A DNA stretch of 51,040 nt from a virus (lineage: Duplodnaviria; Caudoviricetes). Both the position numbers and the translations under genes were made by a program. Positions 24,708 through 34,815 of this stretch are shown in pieces. Below the pieces are notes generated by a model. That model was given only the letters and a program-made list of their open reading frames with translations. It had not been told where the DNA came from and did not search any database. The DNA lies in the IMG/VR virus record IMGVR_UViG_3300037424_001249, positions 1-51,040 of that record; one strand, given 5' to 3'. How positions within the stretch are numbered: the stretch's first letter is position 1; each line of letters opens with the position of its first letter.

Positions 24708-26765
24708 ATGGCGCTTGAGACTCGGAAAGTTGGACCTGCACAGTTTCGCGCGCTGATCGATTCCGTTGATGTCGCGGCTCGTACCGCCACTCTCGTTTGG
24801 ACGACTGGCGCCAAGGTCCTGCGTTCGACGTGGGACGGGCCAGTGTTTGAGGAGTTGAGCCTTGACCCGACGCACGTTCGTATGACCCGACTTCAGAGTG
24901 GCTCCGCTCCCCTGTTGAGCGACCATTACGCGAGCGTCGCCAACGTGATCGGCGTAATCGAATCCGCGGCGCTTTCCGCTACCGAGGGCACTTGCCGAGT
25001 CCGGTTCGCCAAGGCCGAAGACGATCCCGAGGCCGACAAGATCTTCCGCAAGGTCTGTGACAAGATCGTCAGGAACGTCTCGGTGGGTTACCGGACATAC
25101 AAGAGCGAGCGACTTGTTGACCCGAAGTCTGCGGTCGTCACCATGCGCGCGGTTGACTGGGAACCCTACGAGGTTTCAATGGTTGGAATCGGCGCTGATG
25201 CTGGGGCAGGAACCCGATCCGAGAGTGCTGTAACCAACGACTGTGAAGTGATCTCCTCACGTAGCGCCGGCCCCAAGGAGGGGCACGAAATGACCCCCGA
25301 AGAGCAGGCCAAGATTGACGCCGAATTGGCGAAGCGAAGTGCGGAACTGAAGAGCGCGACCGAGAAGGCGGCTCTTGCCGAACGCGCGCGCATGAGCGCG
25401 ATTCAGACCTCGTGCCGTGCGGCGAAGTTGGATCCGTCGTTCGCAGAAAAGATGATCGCCGATGGCACCTCGGTTGACGCGGCCCGCGCTGCGGTCATTG
25501 ACGAGATGATGGCTCGTGACGCGAAGGCTGGCGCGACGTTCGCCCCCAACGATTCCGGTATCACCATGGGCGAGTCGGCTCGTGAGAAGTTCGTCAAGGG
25601 CGCTACCGCTCGCATGCTGGCAATCGGTTCCGATGGCTCGCAGGCTGTTCAGCAGGCTCGCGCTCTTGCGGCCAAGTTGACCGCGGAAGGCAAGCCCCTG
25701 CCCGAGCCCCTTCAGAACGTTGGTCAGATTGAGCGTGACGTGGGCGAATTCCGCGGCGCCTCGATCGCGGACATCGCGCGCCGATGCCTGGCCCTCGATG
25801 GCGTCAAGACTGACGGGATGACTCGTTCTGAGCTCGCGGCGCTCGCGTTCACACACCGTTCCAGCGGCATGGGCACGATCAGTGACTTCCCCGTCCTCCT
25901 CGAAAACGTGATGTACAAGACGCTGCTCGCAGCGTACGCCACGACTCCCGACACCTGGTCGCGCTTCTGCAAGACGGACACTGTGGTTGACTTCCGAGTC
26001 GCGAATCGCTACCGCGCGTCATCGCTCCAGTCGCTCGAGACTGTGACCGAGCATGGTGAGATCCACTCGGTGCCCATGAGCGACGGAGAGAAGTCGACGA
26101 TCTCCACCTCGACCAAGGCCGGCATTCTGGCCATCACCCGTCAGTTGTTCGTGAATGACGACATGGGCGCCCTGACGGACCTCGCCACCAAGCTTGGTCG
26201 CTCGGCTCGACGCGGGATCGAAGAGGACGTCTATGCCCTCCTCGCGCTCAACTCCGGCCTCGGTCCCACCATGGCTGATGGATACAGCCTGTTCCACGCC
26301 AACCACGCGAATATCAGCACTGGAGCTGCTCTCTCCGTGGCCGCTCTCGACGCGGACCGAGTCACCTTCCTCTCGCAGCGCGACGTCGGAAATCACGAGT
26401 ACCTGGACCTTGCTCCCGCGGCACTCCTTCTCCCTGTCGGCCTCGGTGCGTCGGCTCGAGTTATCAACCGCTCCACCTTCGATCCCACGACTGGCACCGC
26501 GACTCTTCAGCGACCGAACTCGGTCCTTGGTCTCTTCAGCGACATCATTGACACCCCCCGGCTCACTGGTACTCGGCGATACATCTTCGCGGATCCGAGT
26601 GTCGCGGCTGCTCTGACCGTGGTCTTCCTTGAGGGTTCTGGCCAGGGTCCGCAGCTGTCCTCGCGTCTCGGCTGGAACATCGATGGGACTGAGCTCAAAG
26701 TCGTGATCGACTACAAGGCCCAGGCCTTCGACTGGAGGGGCGCAATCACCAACGCGGGAGTTTAG
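24708..26765 (+). CDS. prohead protease-major capsid protein fusion
   Basis: N-terminal APLLSDH..NVSVGY..WEPYEVSMV.IGAD protease; C-terminal SDFPVLL, ITRQLFVNDDMGAL capsid region. Confidence 0.88.
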   Translation: MALETRKVGPAQFRALIDSVDVAARTATLVWTTGAKVLRSTWDGPVFEELSLDPTHVRMTRLQSGSAPLLSDHYASVANVIGVIESAALSATEGTCRVRFAKAEDDPEADKIFRKVCDKIVRNVSVGYRTYKSERLVDPKSAVVTMRAVDWEPYEVSMVGIGADAGAGTRSESAVTNDCEVISSRSAGPKEGHEMTPEEQAKIDAELAKRSAELKSATEKAALAERARMSAIQTSCRAAKLDPSFAEKMIADGTSVDAARAAVIDEMMARDAKAGATFAPNDSGITMGESAREKFVKGATARMLAIGSDGSQAVQQARALAAKLTAEGKPLPEPLQNVGQIERDVGEFRGASIADIARRCLALDGVKTDGMTRSELAALAFTHRSSGMGTISDFPVLLENVMYKTLLAAYATTPDTWSRFCKTDTVVDFRVANRYRASSLQSLETVTEHGEIHSVPMSDGEKSTISTSTKAGILAITRQLFVNDDMGALTDLATKLGRSARRGIEEDVYALLALNSGLGPTMADGYSLFHANHANISTGAALSVAALDADRVTFLSQRDVGNHEYLDLAPAALLLPVGLGASARVINRSTFDPTTGTATLQRPNSVLGLFSDIIDTPRLTGTRRYIFADPSVAAALTVVFLEGSGQGPQLSSRLGWNIDGTELKVVIDYKAQAFDWRGAITNAGV

Positions 26766-26872
26766 TCTTAGCGTGTGACCACTCCAGTAGGCTGGCAGGG
26801 CGCTTCGAGGCGCCCAAGTGGTAATCAATAATTGTCGAGGAATCTCTCCTCACAATCACAGGGGTACACTCG

Positions 26873-27523
26873 ATGCAGAATTTTATCCAAGAAGGTACGG
26901 TCCTCACTCTCGTTGCGCCCCGCGCCCTGACGTCTGGTGAAGGTTTCCTGGTAGGCTCTCAGTTTGCCGTTGCCACGAGCGCGTCACTGATCTCGGTCGA
27001 CGTCGAAGGCCTGACGGAGGGCGTTGTCAGCCTCCCCAAGACTTCGGCTCAGGCCTGGACTCAAGGCCAGAAGATTTATTGGGACAATACGAACTTCCGG
27101 TGTGACTCGACCTCGACGATCGGGATTCTGATCGGCGTGGCCACCGAAGTTGCTGCGAACCCAAGCTCGACCGGTGTCGTCAAGCTTTGCGACTGTCCGC
27201 CCGAGATGCTGACCGGCACTGTTGCCACGATCGCGGCTCTCACCGACAGCACTGGTGCGGGCGCCGCTGACAGCACTCTGGCCGATGGCCTGACGTCCGT
27301 TGCCCCCGATGCGTTCACCGCCCCGATCGCAGGCGCTGTCACTGTCACCTCGAACGCGGCGACCGACCTGTCGGGCATCGTTGCTCCCGCTGTCGCGAAC
27401 CTGCGCGGCGTCGTGGCAACCCTGGTCACTGACGTGACTACCGCCAATCAGAACGTTGCTGACCTTGGAGCCAAGGTCAACGCGATCCTCGTGGCGCTCA
27501 AGGCCGTAGGAATCGTGGCTTAA
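26873..27523 (+). CDS. DUF2190-family capsid cement protein with C-terminal extension
   Basis: MQNFIQEG..EGVVSLPK..GQKIYWD; tail ending VNAILVALKAVGIVA. Confidence 0.8.
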   Translation: MQNFIQEGTVLTLVAPRALTSGEGFLVGSQFAVATSASLISVDVEGLTEGVVSLPKTSAQAWTQGQKIYWDNTNFRCDSTSTIGILIGVATEVAANPSSTGVVKLCDCPPEMLTGTVATIAALTDSTGAGAADSTLADGLTSVAPDAFTAPIAGAVTVTSNAATDLSGIVAPAVANLRGVVATLVTDVTTANQNVADLGAKVNAILVALKAVGIVA

Positions 27524-27850
27524 GTGTCGTTCGCCAATCTCCTCACCGTGAGCGATCGACTCATCAGGGTTAGCCTTGGTGAGTCGGTCGTTTACACCTC
27601 CGGGACCGGCGTTGCGGTGACAGTCGTTGGAATTTTTGATGAGCCTGACGTGACCGTCGACCTCGGCACGCTAGGAGTTGCATCCCAAGGCCCTCGGGTG
27701 GCGTTGACAGTAGCTGACCTGTCGTCTGACCCTGACACCGATTCAGCCTCAACCGTGACCCGAACGTTGACCGGGAAAACGTACATCGCCCACGACGCAA
27801 AGCCCGATGGCATGGGCATGGTAGTTTTGTTTCTCCATGAGACAACGTGA
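27524..27850 (+). CDS. head-tail joining protein (gpFII-like)
   Basis: Synteny; LGESVVY..GIFD..PDGMGMVVLFL. Confidence 0.7.
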   Translation: MSFANLLTVSDRLIRVSLGESVVYTSGTGVAVTVVGIFDEPDVTVDLGTLGVASQGPRVALTVADLSSDPDTDSASTVTRTLTGKTYIAHDAKPDGMGMVVLFLHETT

Positions 27851-28404
27851 GCCACGAACGCACGCTCATTCGGAATGCTGTCGTCGCCCAACTGACCGGG
27901 GTGTCACCAACGTTCCGAACGGCCTGTGGAAACAGAATCTACAAGACGCGCATGGGCCCTGTCCGCGAACACCTTCTCCCGTGCATTTGTGTTTACGTTA
28001 CGTCTGATGACGTCGATCCGCGAAGCAAACTCAATGGTCCGCGCGAGCTGATCCGTACTGCGTCTGTTGTGGTAGAGGGGTGGGTTGCGGCGATTCCTAG
28101 CGCCGACATTGACGCCTCACTTGACGATCTTGGTCTCCAGATTGAGACGGCGATGGATCTCGATGTGACGTTTGACAAAAACGCCAGCGATTCAATCCTC
28201 ACGGCTACGTCGTTCGGGTTCGCCCCCGAAGGTTCACGTCCCATGGCGTGCATACATATGGAGTATGATGTTGACTACTTCACTGGTCTTAGAGTCGCCG
28301 AGCCGGTAGACATCTTCGACGTTGCTGGTGTAACGTACAAACTTTCTCCGACCCAACCTGATGCCGATCGGTTGAAGTCGCTGGTGGAAGACATTCATGA
28401 GTGA
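27847..28404 (+). CDS. tail terminator (gpU-like)
   Basis: IRNAVVAQL..RIYKTR..LPCICVY..LDDL..QIETAM. Confidence 0.7.
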   Translation: MSHERTLIRNAVVAQLTGVSPTFRTACGNRIYKTRMGPVREHLLPCICVYVTSDDVDPRSKLNGPRELIRTASVVVEGWVAAIPSADIDASLDDLGLQIETAMDLDVTFDKNASDSILTATSFGFAPEGSRPMACIHMEYDVDYFTGLRVAEPVDIFDVAGVTYKLSPTQPDADRLKSLVEDIHE

Positions 28405-28564
28405 CCCCGTCTTCGTGATACCAACCCCCGGCGTTGTGGTTCGTGATCCGCACACGAAGAGAGTGTTACCCGAGTCGGGTCAACTTGTTTTGCCCACTGT
28501 GTTTTGGACACGTAGAATTCTGGTAGGCGATGTGCTAGTGAGGACACATGACGATCTCGTTTGA
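28397..28564 (+). CDS. DUF2635 Mu-like small protein (55 aa)
   Basis: Translated by hand: PTPGVVVRDP..LPESGQLV..FWTRRILVGDV, directly before the sheath. Confidence 0.75.
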   Translation: MSDPVFVIPTPGVVVRDPHTKRVLPESGQLVLPTVFWTRRILVGDVLVRTHDDLV

Positions 28565-30026
28565 TTCCGTTCCGTCTGCCCTTCGCGTTCCGCTTGTGAC
28601 TGCGGAATTCAATTCTGCGCGCGCCAACGCAGGCCCCGCGGCGCTGCGATACCGTGGCCTTTTGATCGCGCAGAAGCACTCTAGCGGCACTGCGGCTGCT
28701 AACAGTTTCATCCAGGTCACGAACGCAGCGCAGGTGATTCCGCTTTGCGGTCGCGGTTCCATGGCTCACCGAATGGCCCTCGCTTGGTTCGCGGAAAACA
28801 AGACGACCGAACTTTGGATCGGAGTCCTTGCCGACGACCCCGCTGGTGTTGCTGCGGCTGGCACGATCACGGTCACTGGCACTGCCACTGCCGACGGTAC
28901 CTTGTCGCTGTACGTGGGCGGACAGCTTGTGCGCGTGGCAGTGTCGAGCGGGAACGACGCTACCGCAGTTGCTGCGGCGATTGCTGCGGCGATCGGCGCC
29001 ACTGCCGGATCGTCCGACCTCGCCGTTCACGCGACCAACACCTTGGGTGTGGTCAACGTCGTGGCCAACAACAAGGGCGAGTGTGGAAACGAGATCGACA
29101 TTCGGGTGAACTATCAGGCCAGTTCTGAGGCTCTCCCCGCTGGCGTGTCGCTCGCGATCGTGGCAATGGCCAGCGGCGCGACCAACCCTGTCCTCACCAC
29201 CCTGATCTCGACCCTCGGTGACACCTGGCTCCAGGTTTGGGTCAACCCGTACACCGATGCTACGAGCCTCACTGCAATCGAGGCCGAGCTTGAATCTCGC
29301 GCGGGCCCGATGCGCATGATCGATGCGGTTGCCATTTCAGCGAAGTCTGGAACTTTCGGCACTGTCGCGGCGCTGGGCAACTCGCGCAACGCAAAGCGCG
29401 TAAGTATCTTCCGCACCAACACGAGCCCCACGGTTCCGGAAGAGTACGCGGCTTCGATGGCGGCGCTCACCACCCCCGCGGCTCAGACGGATCCTGCCCG
29501 CCCGTTCCAGACCCTGGCCAGCACCTGGGTCAAGGCCCCAGCCGAGTTGGACCGCGACACCGTCGAGGAGCGCAACCTTCTGTTGTACGACGGGATCAGC
29601 ACGACCAAGGTGTCAGCCAGTGGTCAGGTGGTCGTTGACCGAGTGATCACGACGTTCAAGACTGACTCGAGCGGCGCTGCGAGTGAGGCCTACCTCGATC
29701 TCAACACGCCCCTGACGCTCATGTATTTCCGCTTCACATTCAACAACCGGATTTCGAGCAAGTACCCTCGGCACAAGCTCGCTGATGACGGCGCGCGCCT
29801 CGCTCCCGGTCAGGCGATCATGACCCCAGGGCTCGGCAGGGCTGAAGCCGTTGGTTGGTTCTCCGAGATGGAGGATCTTGGTCTTGCCGAAGGTAAGGCC
29901 CAATTCAAGACCGACCTCGTGTGCGAGCGCGATGTGACGAACCGCAATCGGCTCAACTGGCTGATCAGCCCTGACCTCATCAATCAATTCATCGTGGGCG
30001 CTGCCCAGATCCAATTCATACTGTAA
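28548..30026 (+). CDS. tail sheath protein (Mu gpL-like)
   Basis: LRVPLVTAEF, GRGSMAHRM, DPARPFQTL, KYPRHKLA, PDLINQ. Confidence 0.93.
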   Translation: MTISFDSVPSALRVPLVTAEFNSARANAGPAALRYRGLLIAQKHSSGTAAANSFIQVTNAAQVIPLCGRGSMAHRMALAWFAENKTTELWIGVLADDPAGVAAAGTITVTGTATADGTLSLYVGGQLVRVAVSSGNDATAVAAAIAAAIGATAGSSDLAVHATNTLGVVNVVANNKGECGNEIDIRVNYQASSEALPAGVSLAIVAMASGATNPVLTTLISTLGDTWLQVWVNPYTDATSLTAIEAELESRAGPMRMIDAVAISAKSGTFGTVAALGNSRNAKRVSIFRTNTSPTVPEEYAASMAALTTPAAQTDPARPFQTLASTWVKAPAELDRDTVEERNLLLYDGISTTKVSASGQVVVDRVITTFKTDSSGAASEAYLDLNTPLTLMYFRFTFNNRISSKYPRHKLADDGARLAPGQAIMTPGLGRAEAVGWFSEMEDLGLAEGKAQFKTDLVCERDVTNRNRLNWLISPDLINQFIVGAAQIQFIL

Positions 30027-30038
30027 CGGAGAGAGCAC

Positions 30039-30410
30039 ATGTCAGGGACTCAGAATTGCAGGGGCGGAATCATTCAGATCCAGAAGGACGGCGTTCTCTA
30101 CGAAGCGAAAGGCGATTGTGAGTACAACCTCGGTCACCCCAAGCGGGAGACGATCGTTGGTTCCGACTCGCCGCACGGGTTCAAGACGATTCCCCAAGAG
30201 TCCTATATCCAGTGCGCCACCACTGACCGCGGCACCTTGGACGTTGGTGCGCTCTTGGATTCTGATGACGTGACGATCACCCTGACCACGGCAAGCGGTA
30301 AGGTCATCGTGTGGCGCAACGCGTGGTATTCGGCCGATGGTAAGATCACGACTGCGGAAGGTGAGATCGAATTCAAATTCTCGTCTTCGAAGTACGCCGA
30401 GGAAGTCTAA
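30039..30410 (+). CDS. tail tube protein (Mu-like)
   Basis: KRETIVGSD.PHGFK; follows the sheath. Confidence 0.85.
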   Translation: MSGTQNCRGGIIQIQKDGVLYEAKGDCEYNLGHPKRETIVGSDSPHGFKTIPQESYIQCATTDRGTLDVGALLDSDDVTITLTTASGKVIVWRNAWYSADGKITTAEGEIEFKFSSSKYAEEV

Positions 30411-30664
30411 TGAAGATGACCCTGAAGACCCCGGTCACTGTCGGCAGTGAGCTGGTGACCGAGTTGACGTTTCGCGACACCTGCGTCAGTGGCGATCTCC
30501 GCGGTTGCTCTTGGACCAAGATCTCTGAGAATGACCACGACACGATCATGAAGGTGGCGGGCCGTCTTTGTGGTCAGACTGACGTTGTCATGGCTGGCAT
30601 GTCGATCGAAGACACCTGCGAGGTCGCCAAGTTCGTGTTGGGTTTTTTCGCGAAGGGGAGCTAG
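30410..30664 (+). CDS. tail assembly chaperone
   Basis: LKTPV..ELTFR..GDLRG..MSIED; ends LGFF. Confidence 0.8.
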   Translation: MKMTLKTPVTVGSELVTELTFRDTCVSGDLRGCSWTKISENDHDTIMKVAGRLCGQTDVVMAGMSIEDTCEVAKFVLGFFAKGS

Positions 30665-30810
30665 GTCAAGGGTTCCCCACCGATTGGGAAGATGCGCTAG
30701 CCGTCATCGCTTCCACGTTTCACTTTTCTCTGGTAGACTTGAATAGTCTCGATGGTACAGATCTGCGTTTCTGGGTAGACCGCGCGCTGTGGTTGCGCAA
30801 GAAAGGTTGA
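30640..30810 (+). CDS. -1 frameshift extension of the tail chaperone (P2 gpE'-like)
   Basis: Slippery GGT TTT TTC at 30641; -1 frame reads ..WEDALAVIASTFHFSLVDLNSLDGTDLRFWVDRA.. to TGA at 30810. Confidence 0.75.
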   Translation, partial: GFFREGELGQGFPTDWEDALAVIASTFHFSLVDLNSLDGTDLRFWVDRALWLRKKG

Positions 30811-30811
30811 C

Positions 30812-32470
30812 GTGAGCGGTTTCAATTCAGAGCTTCGGTTGGTCATCAAGGCCGTTGACAACGCGACAATCCCGCTCGCGAGTATGACGCGTAAGCTCAA
30901 CGTCATGGCCAAGACTGCCGAGCGCATAGGCAAGCCGTTTGCGAACTTCGGGTCTGCACTCAAAGGGTTCGGCGAAAAGACTGGGCTCGTGGCGCTGGGC
31001 AAGTCTGTTGGCGACGTCGGTAGCGCGGTGGGCACGGTCGCGAAGCGGTTCGCAGGTCTGGCTACGGTCGCTGGCGCTGGGCTGTACGCAGTGATTCACT
31101 CGTCGGTTGAGGCTGGCGACAAGCTCTCGGAGATGTCGAAGCGCACAGGGATCGCAGTAGACACGTACGCGGCGCTACAGTATTCTGCGGCGCAAGCCGA
31201 CGTTGAACAAGAACAATTCAACGCGGCAATGGACAAGTTCAACCGCAACCTCGGTGCGGCCAAAGCGGGCGGCGGATCCCTGCTTACACTCTTGAACAAA
31301 ATCTCCCCCGCGCTGGCCCTCCAGGTCAAGGGTGCGAAGAGTACCAGCGAAGCCCTTGGACTCATGACCGAGGCGTTCACCAAGACCACTGACACTGGCA
31401 AGCGCGCGGAGTTGTCGGGCGCTGCGTTCGGTAGGTCGGGCCTGCAAGTGGGCACGTGGCTGGCCCAAGGCACCTCCGAGATCCAGAAGCAAAGCGATGC
31501 TTACATTCTCATGGTTGGGAGCCAGAAGCGATACGCCGCAGAGTCGGACAATTTAGACAACACCTTGCGCGATAGTAAGATGGCGTTTCTGGGTGTGCGC
31601 AACGTCATAGCGACCGAGCTGTTTCCTGTGGTGGGCGATCTTGCCAAGGAGTTGACCAAGTTCCTGGTGTCGAGCCGGTCTGAGATCTCGCGCTGGGCTA
31701 GAGAGTCTGCCACGCTGATTCGAGCGTGGGTCAAAGGCGGCGGGCTCAGGCAACTCAAAGACGATTTCTTGGTCGTCGCTCACGCGGTCGCTTCTGTTGT
31801 GCGTTGGTTGGGCCCGACGAAGACCGCGGTCGCTGGCGTGACTGCGGTTTCGTGGCCGCTGGTCAACGCTCTTGGCGGGCTGTCGTTCAACATGATCGCT
31901 GTGGCCGTCAAGGCCGCTCCCATGTTGGTCCAGTCACTGGGCTGGATAGTCACCACAGCGCTTCCTGTCGTGGGCGTACTTGCCTCAATGGGCGCCGCGG
32001 CTGGGATGCTGTGGGCAATCATGCACCCAGCAGAAACGTCAACGTTCCTCGGAACGATGCTCCGCGAGATCGACGCGTTGAAACCCGCGTTCGCATGGCT
32101 CGATGACAAGGTCAAAGGCATCGATGCTGAAGTCAACAAGAAACTTGGAATCACGCCAGGCCATGGGCGCAACATCAACAACCTGACGCGAGAGCAGCGC
32201 GATCAACTTGGGGCCCAAGACACCCGTGCCATTCTCGACAATGGTCTCTCCCCCGCTGGGTTGCTCAAGTCCGGAACTGCGTGGTGGGGTAACCAGTTGC
32301 CAAGCCAGAAATGGTCGCACGGAACGGATGCGGCCGCAATCGTGCGAGCCCCTCCCACCGCTGAGACCAAGGTCACGGTAGATTTTGTTAACGCCCCCAA
32401 GGGCACGCGCGTCAAGCCGGAACCAAGTTCCGTCGACTTCGATTGGTCGTTGGGATTCTCAAATCAATAG
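30812..32470 (+). CDS. tape measure protein
   Basis: LVIKAVDNAT N-terminus; Ala/Gly-rich helical sequence; synteny. Confidence 0.88.
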   Translation: MSGFNSELRLVIKAVDNATIPLASMTRKLNVMAKTAERIGKPFANFGSALKGFGEKTGLVALGKSVGDVGSAVGTVAKRFAGLATVAGAGLYAVIHSSVEAGDKLSEMSKRTGIAVDTYAALQYSAAQADVEQEQFNAAMDKFNRNLGAAKAGGGSLLTLLNKISPALALQVKGAKSTSEALGLMTEAFTKTTDTGKRAELSGAAFGRSGLQVGTWLAQGTSEIQKQSDAYILMVGSQKRYAAESDNLDNTLRDSKMAFLGVRNVIATELFPVVGDLAKELTKFLVSSRSEISRWARESATLIRAWVKGGGLRQLKDDFLVVAHAVASVVRWLGPTKTAVAGVTAVSWPLVNALGGLSFNMIAVAVKAAPMLVQSLGWIVTTALPVVGVLASMGAAAGMLWAIMHPAETSTFLGTMLREIDALKPAFAWLDDKVKGIDAEVNKKLGITPGHGRNINNLTREQRDQLGAQDTRAILDNGLSPAGLLKSGTAWWGNQLPSQKWSHGTDAAAIVRAPPTAETKVTVDFVNAPKGTRVKPEPSSVDFDWSLGFSNQ

Positions 32471-32477
32471 GTGACCC

Positions 32478-33671
32478 GTGGGCTCGTGGAACTGGACAGA
32501 CAAAGTAAGGGCCACCTTCAGAGGAGTGGAGTTTTTTGTTGACGCCACCACACGCATGGGCGGTAGGCGTATCGCGACACACGAGATCCCGAATTCCGAG
32601 AAGCCCCCGATCCAGGAAGACCTTGGCGCCAAGGGCAGGCTGTTCCCGACCGAAGCGTTCGTCTTCGGGGCAGGGTACCAAGACGCTCGAGAGGCATTGG
32701 CTGCGAAACTTGATGCTCCAGGATCTGGTGAACTTGTTCACCCCGCGTACGGTACGCGGCGCGTTGTGGTCACCGACTGGTCAGTGCGCGAGACTCGTAC
32801 GGAAGGCGGGGTTGCTCAGTTTTCGATCGATTTCGTGGAAACGTCTGACCCGAGTTTCCCTGAGTCAGCTCCCGATCCTACAAGCGAAGTTGCCACCAGC
32901 GTAGGCGCCGCGACCGAGGCTAGCTCGACGCAGTTTCTCAGTGTGTTCGAGCGTGTGTCTGCGCTCAATGAGAGCGTGACCGCTGCGTTGCAATCGGTTG
33001 CCGATGCCGTGGAAGCTGTGGGCGAGGCCCAGTCTCTCGGCGCTCAAGAACTCGCGGCTCTCAAGAAACAGGTCAACGAGATTCACACCACCGCCGCAAT
33101 CATGACCCCAGCAGAAGTGGTTGACTCTCAGGTGGCGCTGTTTCAGTCCCTCGCCGATGGGCTCTTGACCAAGGCCAGCGGTATCAACCCCGTTACCGCG
33201 CTGCTGAGTTTGTTCGACGTGAGCCTTGGGGACCGGCCCCCTGCCACCACACCGAACCGCGCGCAAGAGCAAGCCAACTTCGATGCGATCCAGAATCTCA
33301 GCCAAAGGTTAGTTGTGGTGCAAGCGAGCAAGACGATCGTCGAAGTCGCGTTCGCTAGCTACGATGACGCGGTTGCTTCGCGCTCCGAGATTACCGACAA
33401 GATCGACGCTCAGATTGACGCCGCAACTGATGACACTTTCCAGGCTCTCACAGACCTCAGAGCCTCCCTTGTGCGATCCGTGCCAGGGGCAGACTCAGAC
33501 CTTCCGCGGTTGCAGGAAGTCACCTTGGTTTCGTCTGCCCCTTCGTTGGTCTGGGCACACCGACTCTACGGCAGTATCGAGCGCGAGCTGGATCTGGTAA
33601 GCAGAAACCACATTCGGAATCCGTTGTTCGTTCCCGCGGTCACACCCCTTGAGGCGCTCATTGAAGACTGA
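32478..33671 (+). CDS. Mu-like DNA circularisation / tail initiator protein
   Basis: ATFRGVEFFV, EDLG, GELVHP.YG, LYG....ELDLVSRNHIRNPLFVP. Confidence 0.88.
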   Translation: MGSWNWTDKVRATFRGVEFFVDATTRMGGRRIATHEIPNSEKPPIQEDLGAKGRLFPTEAFVFGAGYQDAREALAAKLDAPGSGELVHPAYGTRRVVVTDWSVRETRTEGGVAQFSIDFVETSDPSFPESAPDPTSEVATSVGAATEASSTQFLSVFERVSALNESVTAALQSVADAVEAVGEAQSLGAQELAALKKQVNEIHTTAAIMTPAEVVDSQVALFQSLADGLLTKASGINPVTALLSLFDVSLGDRPPATTPNRAQEQANFDAIQNLSQRLVVVQASKTIVEVAFASYDDAVASRSEITDKIDAQIDAATDDTFQALTDLRASLVRSVPGADSDLPRLQEVTLVSSAPSLVWAHRLYGSIERELDLVSRNHIRNPLFVPAVTPLEALIED

Positions 33672-34815
33672 CGTGGCCCTTGTGATCGGTGACCGCAGAT
33701 ACCGCGGGTGGTCTGCCGTCAGGGTCACGCGCGGTATTGACGCCATCGCGGGCGCGTTTGAGCTTTCCATTTTTGAGCGCTGGTCTGGACAGCAAGCGCC
33801 CTGGCCAATTTTCGAGGGTGATGCTTGCTCGATTCTCCTCGCTGGTGAGACGCTGATTACGGGCTTTGTGGACAAGGTAGATCTGGCCCTTGGTCCTGGT
33901 GAGCACAGCATCACGATTTCCGGACGCGACGCAACGGGGGACTTGGTTGACTGTTCGGCGAGGCTCGACCGTTGGGAGTTTCGCAACACTGACGTGCTGG
34001 CCCTCGCGCGCAAGATTGCCGCGCCGTATGGGATCAGCGTGAGTTTGCAACCAGGACTTCCGGCTTCCACGTACACAAACAAAAAGAAACACTCAATCGA
34101 CCCTGGCGACTCTGCTGCCAACGCGATTGAAACCGCGTGCCGAATCCCGGGACTACTCCCTGTGTCTGATGGTTTGGGGGGGCTGGTGTTGGTGCAGGCT
34201 GGCAACACCCGCTGCCCTACCGAGCTGGTTGAGGGAGAGAATATTCTCGCGGGTCGTGCATCGTTCGATTTGACCAACAGGTTTCGAACCTACTTCGTGT
34301 TGGGATCTCACAGTGGCGTCGACTCGCAGTGGCGTGACCAGAACACGGAAGACCCAAGCCTTGATGACTCGGCAAGCGCGGTTGAGCGGGTGACCTCGGT
34401 TCGGGGGAGCGCTCAAGATCCGAACGTGCGCACGGGTCGCGTGCTCTTCGTCCGCCCTGAAAGTTCGGTCACCGCAACTCAGGCGCGTACGCGCGCGCAA
34501 TGGGAAGCCACAGTCCGAGCCGCGCGTGGAGTTGTGGCCAGTGTTACGGTGCAGGGGTGGGTAACTGGAGACGACAAGCCGTGGCCCACCAACTCCGTTG
34601 TTCGGGTGAGGTCGTCTTCCTTGAGACTCAATGGTGACATGCTCGTCATCCGTGCCACCCACAACCTCGGGCCCGATGGTTCCACGACCCAACTTGACCT
34701 CGGCTTGAAGGACTCGTTCAAACCCCAACCCGAGATTCCACCGTCTTCCGGGCTGTGGACTGATGTGTCTCGTGGCGTGCCGAAGCCCACGGGTTCCGTC
34801 TGGAAAAAACCATGA
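33661..34815 (+). CDS. baseplate hub (Mu gp44/gpP-like)
   Basis: GWSAVRVTRGI, LITGFVD, GRDATGDLVDCSA. Confidence 0.88.
   Translation: MKTDVALVIGDRRYRGWSAVRVTRGIDAIAGAFELSIFERWSGQQAPWPIFEGDACSILLAGETLITGFVDKVDLALGPGEHSITISGRDATGDLVDCSARLDRWEFRNTDVLALARKIAAPYGISVSLQPGLPASTYTNKKKHSIDPGDSAANAIETACRIPGLLPVSDGLGGLVLVQAGNTRCPTELVEGENILAGRASFDLTNRFRTYFVLGSHSGVDSQWRDQNTEDPSLDDSASAVERVTSVRGSAQDPNVRTGRVLFVRPESSVTATQARTRAQWEATVRAARGVVASVTVQGWVTGDDKPWPTNSVVRVRSSSLRLNGDMLVIRATHNLGPDGSTTQLDLGLKDSFKPQPEIPPSSGLWTDVSRGVPKPTGSVWKKP

Noticed and set aside
26798-26816. Hairpin GGGCGC-TTCGAG-GCGCCC after the capsid gene as a terminator
   Set aside because: No U-tract follows; it could be a stability hairpin but is not supportable as a terminator.
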